Origin: Penicillus capitatus | Taxonomy: Eukaryota > Plantae > Chlorophyta | Assembly (NCBI GenBank): GCA_965649825.1 | Contig: OZ287704.1 | Coordinates: forward strand, 478,201-542,200 | Direction: 5' to 3' | Length of the DNA: 64,000 bases | Shown: one piece after another, positions 48,225-61,883 of the stretch | Layout: the number at the start of each line of letters is the position of its first letter | How positions within the stretch are numbered: the stretch's first letter is position 1 | Notes under the pieces: model-generated | Databases searched by the model: none | Seen by the model: the letters and a program-made list of their open reading frames with translations, nothing else | Told to the model about the DNA's origin: nothing | Made by a program: the position numbers and the translations under genes

Positions 48225-48833
48225 ATGGATCGGCGATGCTCTTCGAAAGACTGCTCTGGGTGCGGTCGTCGGAGACCCAAGACGCATTTTGCCCGCAACA
48301 CCCGTGATGCCTCCGGTCTGCAGCCCTGGTGCAGAAGCTGCCATCGAAGGTACCTGTCTAAGAAGCCCAAGGTCTTGGCGCCAACTGTCCACGACAAGCG
48401 TTGCTCGACCTGCCAGAAGATAAAATCCGTCCGGTACTTCAACAAGGACATCAGTAAGCCGTCAGGGGTCCGGTCCCACTGCAATGCCTGTCGAAGCGAG
48501 CAACGCCATGCGCAGCGTCACGCCGATCGGCGTCGTCTCCATCGCTCTGAAGAATCGCGCGGTGCGCAAAAACCGAACCAAAAGAAGCGAAAGAGACAGG
48601 CGAATGCGCCAGACGACAGTGCAAGGGGCAAGGAGACGTCAGTCGTGCCTCCGACGGAGTCTACGGTCGCCTCCAGACAACGAGATCTTCGTGCGGAAGT
48701 CCAGAGATCTGACGTCGCCAAGACGCCGGCCACGATGCGACATTGTTTCTGTTCTCTGTCGCCGTCTGAGATGCGACTGGCAGCTCTGTTAACAGTGGCC
48801 GATTACGAGTCAACGAAGTCTGTCTGCCTTTAA
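48225..48833 (+). CDS. Small basic protein with two C-x2-C-x3-[KR]-x4-F-x7-SG-x4-C-x2-C zinc-finger repeats
   Basis: KDCSGCGRRRPKTHFARNTRDASGLQPWCRSC and KRCSTCQKIKSVRYFNKDISKPSGVRSHCNAC, followed by an NLS-like KKRKR. Confidence 0.75.
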   Translation: MDRRCSSKDCSGCGRRRPKTHFARNTRDASGLQPWCRSCHRRYLSKKPKVLAPTVHDKRCSTCQKIKSVRYFNKDISKPSGVRSHCNACRSEQRHAQRHADRRRLHRSEESRGAQKPNQKKRKRQANAPDDSARGKETSVVPPTESTVASRQRDLRAEVQRSDVAKTPATMRHCFCSLSPSEMRLAALLTVADYESTKSVCL

Positions 48834-49345
48834 CCGACCCTTTTCTTTTTGACGTGACGTTTGCGTCTTGCCGGCAGTGGCTAGCTAACTCGCACCGTGA
48901 CACCGCGTTCGTTTGACAAGCAGACCAACACGGACCAAAGTCACATCGGCAGTGAAGGTGTTGCCTTGCATTCTGATTGGCGCATTCCGAGTTTCTTTGC
49001 TGACACGAATAGTCGAAGCTCTCTCTGCAGTTTGTGCAATACTTGACTAGAGATTATCCCCTGGAAGATCCACGAGAGTCCTTCAACAGAGGTCGAGCGA
49101 TGTCGACATCCATGTCGGCACACGCAGTCCTGCTCATCGGCGTCATCGATCGAATCTTATTCGCAAGAGCTTCAAAGTGTGCGGCAGATAAGCGTCCATA
49201 ACTTGACTTCTTTGGGAACCATTACTCCTTGCGAAAGACCGATGGATGCGTCCTCTAATAGGGCCGATGCATTTGTCGGAGGCGATGGATGAACGATTCG
49301 AGAACTCTGGCCAACGATTACATGTCGCGATCGCATGGTGCCCTC

Positions 49346-50226
49346 TCACTGACTCTCTTGTGTCTCCCTGCAGAACCCGGTTTTATCGTTTACGAAAACC
49401 AACAAATGTACCCCTTTTGGAGCCGCGACCGAAGCTCTTCTATTGCCCTTCTCTTTGCTTCGCACACTTGCAAGATCTCAAAGTTCTTCCGGATCAGATG
49501 GTGCCACTCCCTGTCCAGCTTGGCCAACTTCTTTCCCACTTCCATCTGAAAAAACGTCGTTCGTCCTTTGGGGATAGTCAGTCGGCTTTCATCTGACCTG
49601 CGAAAGCTTCCTCTTCTTGTTGATCTCGGCAATCTGCTCCTTCGAACTCGAGAGAGCGTTCCTGTACTCGTCATCGACTCTCTGTGACTGCTCGTTCGCT
49701 TTCTTCCAGACAGCTGGCGCGAACTTCAGTTCCAGTTCCAGGTTCAGCGTCCTGTATTTGGCCAGCCCCTTTCTGCGTAACGTCGGAATTTGACGCTGGG
49801 CATCACCTCAGTCTCTGATTCTCCAGCTGAGCTTGGGCGTTGCGCAATGTCCATCCCCATGCATCCGGATCATTCTGCCAGTCGAGAGGCGGCTCCGGCA
49901 GCGCGTACCTGTCAGCAGATGCCTGTCATGTAAACGGGGTCTGCATTTGGCCGACCTCTGAGTGTCTAGGCTTTCCATCGCTTTTCCGTTCTTGACTCTC
50001 TTGTACTCGGTCTGGAGCGCTTCGGACCCGCCGAAGGAAGGCTGGCCGATCGGCGACATGCCATTCAGGTAGTCTTTCGGTTTCTTTTCGTTCTTCTCCT
50101 TCTGAAGGGTTCCTTTTTAGCGGCGAATCGAATCATCCAGCAGACGCGCACCTCTTCGGCTATGAGCCGGTCGACCTGCTCCTGCTCCTCTCGTGTTATG
50201 GTGTCGATGTAGGGCAGGGCGTCCAT
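49346..50226 (-). CDS. SPF27: Pre-mRNA splicing factor SPF27/BCAS2 (Prp19 complex), multi-exon
   Basis: MDALPYIDT..EQVDRLIAEE / KPKDYL..LQTEYKRVKNGKAMESLDTQR / YALPEPP..AQAQLENQRLR / LNLELELKFAPAVW..EINKKRKLSQ / LAKLDREW..KNFEI. Five short GT-AG introns. Confidence 0.93.
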
Positions 50227-51607
50227 CGCACGGCTTTACAAAAGACACGCGTGTCCAATCGCTCGCGGACTTATGATGCAACAAATCAAGAATGATTCGT
50301 TCGTCACACGTGCGCGATAGCGACAGGATCCAGGTGTTGAATATATCGAGATGCCGTCACACACGTCAACCGGAGACGGGCGTTGCAGGTTCTGCTATCC
50401 TCGAACAGACGAGCTTCGACTAGTCTGGTTCCAGCACGAAGAGATTTCGCACATTGGTACAGGAGTTGTGTCTCACGGAGAGGGATGTTCGTGTCGAAGT
50501 CTCTCTCGTCTGCCTCAGCTGCGGCGGATGCATCCCACAGTGATAGAGGCTTCGCAATCGCCACACAAGCGGTAGTCTGGATTGGATTACGATTACTGAG
50601 GATTCGTTCATCCTATTGCAAAGACTCCGAATCGCACTTTCGTCGTTGATCACACTTCTTCGAGACAAAAGGGGAATGTCTATCGACTCGAGAAGAAAAG
50701 ATGGGTAGTCTCTGAAAGGATTGGCACTTCCGAGAAAAAGCTGTACACAGGCGGATTCTTGGATCTGTGTACGAATGTGTGCCCTATGCATTGGGAGCGT
50801 GCACCCGAACATCGTTTCACAGTCAAGTGTATCACTGTTCACCTCGAAGCGACTGACGGTCTGGTGCATCCAGGAAGCACACCTGTTCTATGCAGACAGC
50901 ACATTTGCCCTTCAGCGCTATTCGACTAGTAAAAGAAATCAATTGATTTGGTTACAAATTAAGTACGGAGTTGATTAACATGCGGATCCGGTGTCATTCC
51001 TTTATCTGCAAGTACCTTTTTGTGATCATGTATTTCCTGCGTACTGGCATAAGAGGTTGTCCCCATCTCGAATCCTCTGATCTCGGATAGGAGTCTGCAC
51101 CAATGTCTTCATACCTCATGTTCATCTAGTCCAAGTGCCACCACAGGGTTGTGCAGCATATTAGTCTCGCCAGCGAGAATCGGCTAATTCTCACCAAAGG
51201 CCTGTCTTCGAGCGACTGTCGTGTTTGAGCGATCCATTATTCCCATCACTAACACGACAGCCGTTAAGGGATTGGCAGAGAGAGTGGCGACATTGCCGCC
51301 TACCTTCCAATCCTTCAGAACGGCATTATGTTGGTTAGAACAAAGTGTAGGAGGCATTCAGTCGTGGATCCGGTCGATGAGGAGGCCCCTCGGATTCAAG
51401 GATCCGTTCGACGAGTTCGAGTCTCGCGGATCTTCGCGGCGGGACTATCATGACACCGTCCCTACGGTTGACGGTACCGCAGACGGATGATACCTTTTCA
51501 ATCGCTGCGGCGTTCGGACCATTGTCGATTTTCGGTTTCCGAATTGACAGCCTTTGCCAAATCTTCGGCGAACTTTTCTTCAACTGCGAACGCACTCTCG
51601 AAGCATC

Positions 51608-53178
51608 ATGACGAACAAGCGCACGCGCGGTGGTCCTCGAAAGGAGTCACCGACTGAACAACGCAAAAGGGCCAGAGAAGCGACGATGTTCGAACACGTG
51701 AGCCGCGTCTGTAGACTCGGAGTCCCTCCTCAGAACGCTGGGTGTCGGAACGCAGGTCGTCGGAGCTCTGCTCTACCTCTGGGGGAGCAACGCCTTCGGT
51801 CAGCTGGGTTTTGGAGATACGATCATGGAACGCGTCCGTCCAGCACTCTCCACCTTCGAGAAGAAGGTGCGCCCGGTTCCGCTTCTCGTTCGTCGGACCT
51901 CTAACCGTCTTCCTTCTCGCGATCCAGGTGATGGACGTGGCAACTGGCGGCATGCACACCGTCGTGCTTCTGGAAGACGGGACTCTCTGGAGCGCCGGTG
52001 TGAACGACGACGGGGCCCTTGGACGCGAAACGGCAATCGACGAGAACGGGGATCCCGTGCCCGACAAAGACGCCACGCACTTCGGCCAGATCGCCATGCC
52101 CAGAAGCGCTGCCCCGGTGGTGCAGTTGGCGTGCAGCGACAGCGCATCCTTTGCCTTGACCCTCGACGGCAGCGTCTACGGCTGGGGCGCTTTCCGCAAC
52201 GAACACGGTGTGTTTGGATTCTCGGAGTGGGTGAAGTGCCAGGCGACGCCCGTCAGAGTCTACGTCCCCGGCGGACGCAAGGCGCCGGTGACCAAGATCG
52301 CAGCCGGGGCCGACCACGTCGTCGGCATCCTCAAGGTACGTTTCGGCGATCGACCGTGTCGTGTAAGGGTTTATGTTCGGCACACAGGACGGAGGGGCCA
52401 TCTCATGGGGCGATGGCGACCAGGGACAGCTAGGACGCGTCTCTCTGCGCCACTCGCGCCGTCCGAACATCATCCGCCGCACGATGCTCACTCCCACGAA
52501 GATCGCCGGATGTCGATCGATGGAGTTCTCGGACGTCTTCTGCGGGGAGTACTCGACGTTCCTCAGGGCGACGAACGGACACTTCTTCGCTTTCGGACTC
52601 AACAACTGCTGTCAGCTGGCGATCCCCCACCCCAGAACGCTCAGCAACGAGGACACCCAGACGCCAGAGTCGAGAGCGAGCAACCTGGTGACCCTGCTGA
52701 AGCCGACCTGGGTGGAGGCCTTCCGGACTCTGGACATCCTCAAGGTGGCTCCGGGAAAGGACCACGGAATCGCCGTCAGCGAAGCTGGATGTGTCTACTC
52801 GTGGGGCGTGCCGACATACGGAGTACTGGGACGCGCCAACATGGTGGAACTGGTCGGCGACACGACTCCATTCCCAGTTCCAGATATGGTGAGCGGACTG
52901 GAGGAGAAGACGATCGTAGACGTCGCATCGGGACAGGTGCGTGTTCCATCTTTGTGACACTCGACGTTTACGTTTGTTGTGCTTAGGTGATCTCCGGCTG
53001 CATCGACAGCGCCGGAGATTTATACACTTGGGGAGCGGCCATCAACGATATGTTGGGCCACCAAGTGAACGATGATCTTCTCCTGCCTCGGAAGGTTCCG
53101 AGGACGAAGCACACCGAGGGGAAGACATTTAGGGCACTTAGATTTGGCGGGCAGCATTGCGCCATGATGGCGGATTAG
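51608..53178 (+). CDS. RCC1: Regulator of chromosome condensation RCC1-like protein, 5 exons
   Basis: NLS-like MTNKRTR..RKRAR tail. Motifs: YLWGSNAFGQLG, ATGGMHTVVL..WSAGVNDDGALGR, GWGAFR, AAGADH, SWGDGDQGQLGR, FGLNNCCQL, PGKDHG, YSWGVPTYGVLG, FGGQH. Introns at 51698-51755, 51867-51927, 52336-52387 and 52937-52986. Confidence 0.92.
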
Positions 53179-55677
53179 CCAGGATGGCCTAGATGAGTTT
53201 ATTACTTGTAGGACATTTCTGTCTAAAAGTTCATTTTAATCTGCAAAGTCCCGACGCGGAAAGGACAACGATACGCATCTATTGTGTCATTTGTGAAAAT
53301 CGAACGCGTCGCCGCTTTCGTTTCTATTACGAATGGCTTTGTTGTGACAATCGGACAAGCCGTGGTTACAGGCCGTATACGTTAATTCGTAAGGCTAAAG
53401 GATGTATCCATTCGAGAGTTCTGCTCTCTAAGCACACCTCAAAGCTTTTGTCGTTCGGCAGTTACCCTAATCGTCTCCATGCGTGGATCGAACGAGGCAA
53501 GGGAGATGCATGCCTCCTAACGTGATCTGCGCGTCCGGAACATGCGGGTTGAAGTGAAAACACCTTAAGAGCAAATAGCGTCTCCGCCACACATCTATAA
53601 GACTCAGGCAGAGGAAGGTGAGCATAATTCCTTCCTAAAGAGACAGCTCATACAACCTGTGACTATAAGAAATAAGAATTAAAGTGCGATTCGGATCTTC
53701 CTTATCATTTCTTGAGCCTCGACTGATTTCTGTCACGCTCAACAATCGACTTGTCATCGTGGCAGCACAATCTTTCGAACAAGACAATGAAATCTGTGTT
53801 CCCAAACCAGAAGGAAGCACACAATGTAACAAAGTCGTTAGAATCTTATCTCTGAAGATCATCTGTAGAAATCATAAACAGATGCTTTGGTCCACTCATC
53901 GAAAGAAGAGTTACTCTCCTGGGAGCACCATGTCGATCATTGCGGTTTGCGGCGGGAAGCAAACTGCCACATATCAAACAGCGAAAGATCTCGAAGAATC
54001 TCTGCTGGCCGAATTCGGCGCTTGTCCCACGGGACAACATCACCGGTTATCAGGTGAGTCGGCGTTCGGCCCTCAACAGGTCAAGCTAGGGATCGCAGCC
54101 AGACTTTGTCTGTCTAGCGATGCCGTGGACGGGTTTCCTCTTTTCATGTCTCGACCTGCCGAACGATACCCCACAATGTATTCAGCTCGTGAGATTTCTC
54201 CCGTGCAAAAGCAACTGTGACTGACACGGGATCGTTTAAACGTTGCATTACTTCCTTTGGCGTTCAAAGCTTGCCAACGTGCACGTTAAGGTCTCTTAAG
54301 TATGGCCTCTTGATGGATTCGCATTTCTCCGTTGCAAAGGAACTGCTTCTGGTGTTATCAGTTGAGTTTTTTCGTGCAGAAGAGAAGCATCCTTTGATTC
54401 TACTTTCTCGGTCTCCATCTCGTTCAGTCGCCAAACAGTTCCGTTAATACACTGCTGTCCTCTTCGTACCGCGTGTGGCTGCAGAGTCTGCTCGCCATAC
54501 GATCACATCCCAAAATTGATAACTGTTCCCTCGCAGATGTCAGCTGACAACACGCTCTAGCGCGGCTCAGCGTGAGTCAGCAAGGCCGACCTTGGTTGAA
54601 CACAGGAAGTTCTGATCTTCCCCGCGACCTCGATCCGAGTGTGTCCTTGACCATCCGGCAGGACAGTTGTTCGAAACTGCCCTCCTGATCAAACGCAAAG
54701 CACATCGCTTGTCCAGGAAACTCGCTGCTGAAGTCCTCAGCCACCTCAGAGGTCGCGCCCCGAAGGGTTCGATCTGGAACGCGCACTGCGAAGAGCGAGA
54801 GGGATCGGCCGCGGATCGATCTCTTGGGGGTTTGTGTTCAGCGCGCCAGTGATGGATGGATTCGTGAGAGATGCTTCCTTTGGCTTTCCTTCCATGATGT
54901 CAGCAATGGTACTTGCACTTGAAACAAACCTGGTAAGTGTTTTTGGCCAACGTGATGCGAAGCCAAGCCTCTGGCCGGATCCCTCACTGCGGAGCCAGTT
55001 AACATTCGGGTATGGAACACTGCCATGGTCTTTGGAAGGGCAGATTATACAGTGAAGTTCGCTGTCTGGCCGAGATGAGCCGAATAGAGTGCATCAAGTA
55101 TTCTATGTAGACAAATCACACTTCACGTAGCCAATCAGTGGGCGAAGATGGGGCCGTTAGCCGGAGAACTAGGTTAAGCTTCTGTATTTCTGCGAAACAC
55201 ATCAGCATGAGGGCGCCGCTTCGTCACACCAGTTGGGCATTCTTTGACAGAGTGGTTTCTTCGGACAACTTATGTACTCATATCCAGCTGTCGTCCTCTG
55301 GTGATAAGACAATGTCTAGAGGTTTTTCTCCCAAGGGATTTTGTCGACGCTCGATGATCGAGGACGAGCGGCGTCGAGGTGCCGCAGTAGGAACCATCTT
55401 CGCCGGTTTTCTCTGTGGCGTTGGCACCGGGTGCCTTCCAAAGGCCAATAGGGATGCAGCGGTGGATCGACGAATGGCCACGTGGGCAACCGTTTGTTCC
55501 GAGATTGAAAGGTCGCGGATTTAAATGACAAGTACCCATTTACGGCATTCTGCTCACTCGTCGTTCTGCATTCGTGCATTTCGCAAACTCTCCTCGAGCC
55601 TTGCCGCTTCAAGCGATAGTGCACACGCCGCAAAGGCAAACGAAGCCGTACTTTACTCGCCGACGCACAGTTCGACC

Positions 55678-57321
55678 ATGGTTAGCACGCGCTCCCAGAA
55701 GAGAAGAAGGGAGGCGTTCGCGGAACCGTCGCCGAGAAAGAAGCTCAACGCCGAGAAGAACAAGAAGAAGGAGTCTTCCGGACCTTCAAAACCCCGACGC
55801 CGTGCGCAACCGCACTCCCAGGCTCCGGTAAGCGACCGGTTTCCCTCTCAACTCCGAAGTCTCTCTTTCCTCGCAGCGACCCGTCCCTCGCCGTTTGATG
55901 GTCTGGGGCGACAATGGGTGTGGCCAAGCCTGGCGCGACGGGAGCAACTCCGCAGACTGGAGTGTCCCATTCGAGCCATTTTCCGAAGAAAGGCCTCAAG
56001 TGAGCGGCAACGTCAGCCCCAATGTCGACGTGCTCATATGCTCCCGTCGACTGCAGGTTCTCAACGCAGCACTCGGCTGCATGCACACGGCGGTCCAGGT
56101 GGATGACCGCAGAATTTACACATCCGGATATAACCGCTACGGACAGCTCGGGTGGCCAACGGAGAACGGAAATCGCCACCGTTCCGACGAGCACTTCAAT
56201 TCTCCGAGGACGTTCAGCCCTCTCTTCTGCTCCTCCGCCGAGATGATTGTCCAAATCGTGTGCACATTCTACGCGACCTTCGTGCTGACAAACATGGGCT
56301 GCGTCTATGGATGGGGGACGTTCCGTGACATCCGCGGCAGCAAGGCATTCACCGACGGCGTCGAGACCACCTGTCACAGCGAAGTCATCTACGATGCCCG
56401 ACCACGCAACCCCGTTGTGAAGATTGCCGCCGGAGCCAACCACATCGTTGCCGTTTTGAAGGTGAATTGGGATCAAGCAAACAAGTGTGGCACTTATGGT
56501 ATCCTTGTCTTGCAGAGCGGTCAGGTTCTCTCGCGGGGATCCGGGGATCTCGGCCAACTTGGCCGACCGCCTCAGACCTCGATTCGTGGCGATGCGCCAA
56601 AGACTCCGGTCGAAGGGCTCACCCCTGCTGCCATGGTCTTCCAAGAGAAGACGGTGATTGTCGACGCGTTCTGCACAGACTTCTGCACATTCCTAAAGGA
56701 CACTTCGGGACGCATCTTTGCCTGTGGACTCAACGACTGTGGACAGTTGGCCATTCATCCAGGAGAGCTGTCTATCGACCAGCTGGCAGATGCAAAGGAG
56801 AGAATCCGTGCCAACATCGTCGTCACCCAGCCCACGGAGGTCGAAGTCCTCACAGCCTTGAAGCTCAGGAAGATCGTCGGCGGAAAAGAACACTGTCTCG
56901 GCCTGACGGAGGAGGGAGCCGTGTACTCGTGGGGATCCTCCGAGCACGGGGTCCTTGGGCGTCGCGACGCGATGTCGACGATGGCAGGAGGAAGCATTCT
57001 GCCCGATCCTCAGCTGGTCGACCGTTTCCAGGGTCGAGAGATGATCGACATCGCAGCCGGATACGTGAGTTCATGCCGGCTGTCCCTGTCTGCATCTCGA
57101 CCGTCTCTGTTATGCAGGTTGCCTCTGGAGCCATCGACAGCAACGGAAGCGTGTTCACCTGGGGCAGAAACACCTTCCATCGTCTGGGACACCCAGTCGG
57201 CGAAGACCATCAAGAACCACTCCCCAGAGAAGTGAAGATTGAGCTGGAGCCGAACTGCAAGCCAACACATCTTTTCATTGGCATGACGCATGCAGCCCTT
57301 TTGTTCGATGGTGGACACTAA
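55678..57321 (+). CDS. RCC1-repeat protein, duplicate of 1287-2930
   Basis: Same exon structure and near-identical translation. It has a W->R change in SWGSG (SRGSG) and GQLG where copy A has GQVG. Confidence 0.88.
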
Positions 57322-57795
57322 GTGATCAAACTCTATTTAAACTAGCACACTCATTATCAATAACAGCCTCTATTCTGTTCAAGAGCTCTCGCGTCGCGAA
57401 AAGAGGAAACCATCTACGGAATGTCTGAGATTTCTTTTCTTTCTTTTCTGCGGTTTCATCTCGTTCCTGCACTGACAGAAGATAAAGGCGTGATCGTCTG
57501 TAAATGAGGCAGAGACAATGACTCTTTTTTTCTGTAAAGAAGGCAGCGTCTTTCATCTTGTCACAGATCGCCAGAAACGACCTGGATACAGTGATCTCCA
57601 TCGGCAATCAGAGAGGAGGGAGGGACGATGTCAAAGCTCGTACCCGGGTGCGTCAAAGGATTCAATGGATGGGAGGGACATCAAGTTGGAATGTCCAACG
57701 GTCCGATATAGCAAGAGTCTCTCCCAGGCGTTGCCTGGTAGTGATAGCTCCGAACGTCGTTGCGACAACGCTTCCGAAGAAGGATGTGCTGGACG

Positions 57796-58866
57796 CTACT
57801 CACGGTGTTCGTTGCGAACCGTCACTAGGATGATAATGAAGACGAAGATCCAAGCAGGGAGTACAGTCACGCAGGCTAATACACCTCCCCGAATAACCAC
57901 TCCAATCAGCCACGGCAGACAAAACAACAAAGTCAAGAACAAACCCACGACGACTCGATTGCGAAACCTCCTGAGAATGATCCAATTCGTGTGAAGAGAA
58001 CAGTCGGACTGTTTCACTGGCAAACAAGAACACAAGAACGTATGCGTCTCACGCCTTCCGTCATTCGGCAGGCGATTGTCAGGTGGATTTCGAATGCGGC
58101 ATCCGACTGATAGAAAGAAGAAGAGTCCGCAGCCTCCTCCGACGCCAATGCCAATCTCAATGCTGCACCATCCACCGTAATGAGCAGCGCAGCGAATCAT
58201 GGACCTCTCTTGGCATTCCCAGTGCTTGCAGAAAAGCTCTCCTCTTGCAAAGCACTCGCACACGGAGGACTCGATCGCGAAGCTGGATGAGACGTTGCCC
58301 TTCCAGCGATAGCAATACTCTTCAGTGACGTCCTCTTCCAGACACTGGTACTCCTCGTTCTCAGAGTCGTCTATGGGGCTGTCTTCTCTGCATGACCACT
58401 CTGAACAGTACCTCTGACTCGGGGCCCTCGAGGTGCATGCACAGGTTAGGGATTCCGTGAAAGAAATACGCACACATTCAATCGACTCTCGGCCGACCAC
58501 ACACTCGGCATATTCGTCAAAACGCTTCGTCGTGCAATCCCAGTGATCGCAAAAAGGCAGCTCCGTCGGGGCACAAGTGCAATTGCCGTATTCCCTTTTC
58601 ATTCGATTCTCCTCCTCCAACGACCAGCGGAGACATTGACTGCTCGTGTTTCGGAGACAATGGTAGACTTCCGATTCCGTGTTGCTGGCGGCGCGCCACA
58701 GACCGCCTCTGTAGACACCGGACTCTGTGTAGTATCCGGCCACACGCTTCATGCGATTCTAGGACTGCAGGCCTTCGTTCAAATCGTGAGCTGTCTCATT
58801 GGACTCTCCCGGTGCCGCAACAACGAGACAAGCCGCAGTACAGAAGTAGTATACAGATGCACCCAT
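57796..58866 (-). pseudogene. Cys-rich membrane protein, copy B (nonsense codon W->TAG after the signal/pro segment)
   Basis: ATG 58866 begins MGASVYYFC. TAG at 58759-58761 replaces the TGG of the paralogs. The remainder is one open 318-aa frame (57796-58752). Confidence 0.82.
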
Positions 58867-61800
58867 GGCTCAAACGTTTGCCCAGTATTAAAGAATGCAC
58901 CGCTGAGATCGACGTCAACCTGGTGCTTTAGAATGCAGGGTCGGAAAGCGGTTGCTGGCGGTTTTTGTCATGACACTCTATGAGCAGCCGTCGATCGTCG
59001 ATGACTGACCGATGAAGAGGGTCACACTTATTGACAGTGTCGAAGTGCTTCACTTGTAGACAGAGTGAACCGGCGACAATGGTCCAAAACCTATTCGATC
59101 GACCGTTTTTTGTCGGTACTGATCCCGCCACGTATTTTTGCCTTCAGATCTTAGCCGTCTGACAAAGAATAGAATAAGGCTTTGACATGTCACCAAAGCT
59201 CGGTCCCTAGCGGTGAAAGGTTTAACAGAGCGCCTTGCAAGTGCTGATATGAGGTAAGACCATCCATCTCATGAGTGCCCGGGACTTGAGCAAATGGTCG
59301 TTTGTCATCGTCATCCATGATTTCGAGCCTCATTGGTGTCGATAGTGCCAGGATGATCACTGGACTGAGACCGAAGACGATCGATGCTGTGTTTGATGAA
59401 CAGTGAGGCTTTCAGCGAACCTTTCGTCTGAATATGCGACAGACGGCGTTGAAGATGTCCATCCGACGCCACCGGCTGCGAACTTTGTCTTCCAGTGCGA
59501 TTCAGCGGCACGGGCAAAGGGTTCTCACGCACGGCCTATGCTCATTTCATTCCGGATGAGATCCGAGATTTTTTGCCTTTTGATGTTCGGACACATTTTG
59601 CTAGCGCGTCTTTGAAAAGAGAGACACGAGAGTCGCTCTCTGTTTGGAACCAGTTTAAACACTGTCTTTTTTGCAATAAGACTCATGCAGTGAACTGCTG
59701 CCGACACGGATTCACGATGCACATAGATAAACATCTCCATTTCACGGCACACAGCCGTTCCATTCGATGCCGGACACCAAGGAATGCCATGAATTTCCGG
59801 ATGCTCTGCGAAGGCCATCGTTCTCTGGTTCGTCGGCGTTGCCACTGATGTACGCATCCTTCGAAGACGTTCTGACTCAAAGGAGACGACGTGTGTTTAT
59901 CCATTGAGAAGCTGATGCCGTGCACACGGCGACGTCTTCGCCAGGGCAGCGTAGCAGTGAAGGTCGGCCGTTCTGCTCTGCCTTCCACGTTTGAGGGAGT
60001 TAGGACCACAGACAACTCCGAAACCGATACGCGTTACACCGACGAAAACGCACTCTCGATGGCGTTCGCGATAGAAGCGTCCGAAACTGGCGGCCGCCTC
60101 GACTGTTTATTTCGTTTGGACAGCGAAGTAAAGAATTTGGAAGCAGCTCAGTGATGCTGTCCTTCCGATGCAGTAGTGACTCCATCCACATCCTCAATGC
60201 AGACAGATGAAATGGATCATGTGATCGATGGGTATCAAGCGACCCAAGGACACACCCAGAAGATAACAGATTATCCATCCTGGTGATCAGAAGCGCACTG
60301 GATAACGATCGTTGGCATACAGGGCTTCATCGATGGCAGCCGAAAATGCCGAGAACTGCTGCCGACGACAAGTGGCCTCGGAATCGACAGTATCCAAGTT
60401 CAAGCGCTGGGATCTTTGTTTGGTGTCTCTTGGAGGATGCCTTTCTGGGCGATCGCTGTCATCTGATTGCCCTTGTCTCTTTGCACTGCAGCACGTTGCG
60501 GAACACTTCTGGGATCATCTTTGAACAGTCAATGACTCGACCTATAACCGGGATTGCTCATCTCTTGTTAAGGCCGCTAGGCAGTAGCGGTGGGTTTTGT
60601 ACTCGATCACAGCAGAGTTAGCAGTTCTGCTTCTCCAAGGACCATTCATCCTGAGATTGGATAACGGTCGTTGCCTGATGTCAGTCTCGGTAGCAGCCAA
60701 CTTTTGAGAGTCTAAAGACATTGTTAAATGCGGCACACAGGGTGCGAAGGTCCAAGTTGACTATGCTACACACCTCAGACTGCATTTAACCTTGTGAAAG
60801 AGTAAGTGATTTTTACCCGCGGCCTCTCATGGATCAGCCATAACCGCCAATTGTGCATCCTCAGGAAGTAACATATCTTCACACCCAGACAGGATAACGG
60901 CACACTCCGTTCCATAGCAGGACCTTTGGGTGTCGGCAGCATTCTCAATCGGGACACCTAGCGCTTGCTTATTGCGCGACGGTTTCGTCGTTGGTGATTA
61001 CGTCGCCATCGCCAACTGCCTCGCACGGTTGCGACTTCCATTTGCGGTACAAAACCATAGGCGATTCTGCATTGTGTTGTTCCTTTCTTCGTTTCTTTAG
61101 GTTTTTGGACGTTTTTCGGTACGTCCACCCTTTCAGCTGAATCGCCTCCGGTTGCCGCTCTCTTTACGACTTCCATCTACCGACGTCCAAGACCCTGCTG
61201 TTTCGACGCTCTCGCCCTCCGAAGCCATCTGCTCGAGAGGTCGGATGCCGACTCCGACCATTCGGCACTCCGGTTGCGCGAGCCTTCGACAATCAGTCGA
61301 ATCTCTCCTCCTGCCCTCGTGGGCAATTTCTTCACACGACCAACCCCACCGTTCGTCCGCGTCATGCAAGTCGCCAGGTGACGAATTTCTCGCCCTCCAC
61401 GACTGAAAGCGCATCGACTCGGCACTGTCTAGGTCGCGGGGCACGGAACGGTTGACGTCTGCATTGACAGCGGCAGCGAAGGACGAAGCGTCTGGGAGAA
61501 TCCAGCGCGAGCCAAGCAGGTCCCAAAATGTCCGCGACGCGATGGACAGGGGACTTTTCAGAAAAGAACAGTGGAATAGGCACCGACCGTGTCGTGGTAT
61601 GGCGCCTGAAGGGGGTCTGACGGTTGACGGACCGCCATGGTAGATGCAGCGGGTTGCCGATCTTTTCTCGGAAACCCGTTTTTCGTATCGCCATGGACGA
61701 GATGATTGGTCCTCCGTCTTGCGTCAAGGAGGTTAAGACAAACATTTGCGACAATTCCCCCGGCTGCAAAAAATCCTGTCGCTGGGAAACGAGGCCAGGC

Positions 61801-61883
61801 TACCACAGACAGAACGTCAAGGTATGTTCGTTAGCCACCAAAAACTAATTCGAGTTGCGTTTCTCTGACGACGTTCTTAGGTC

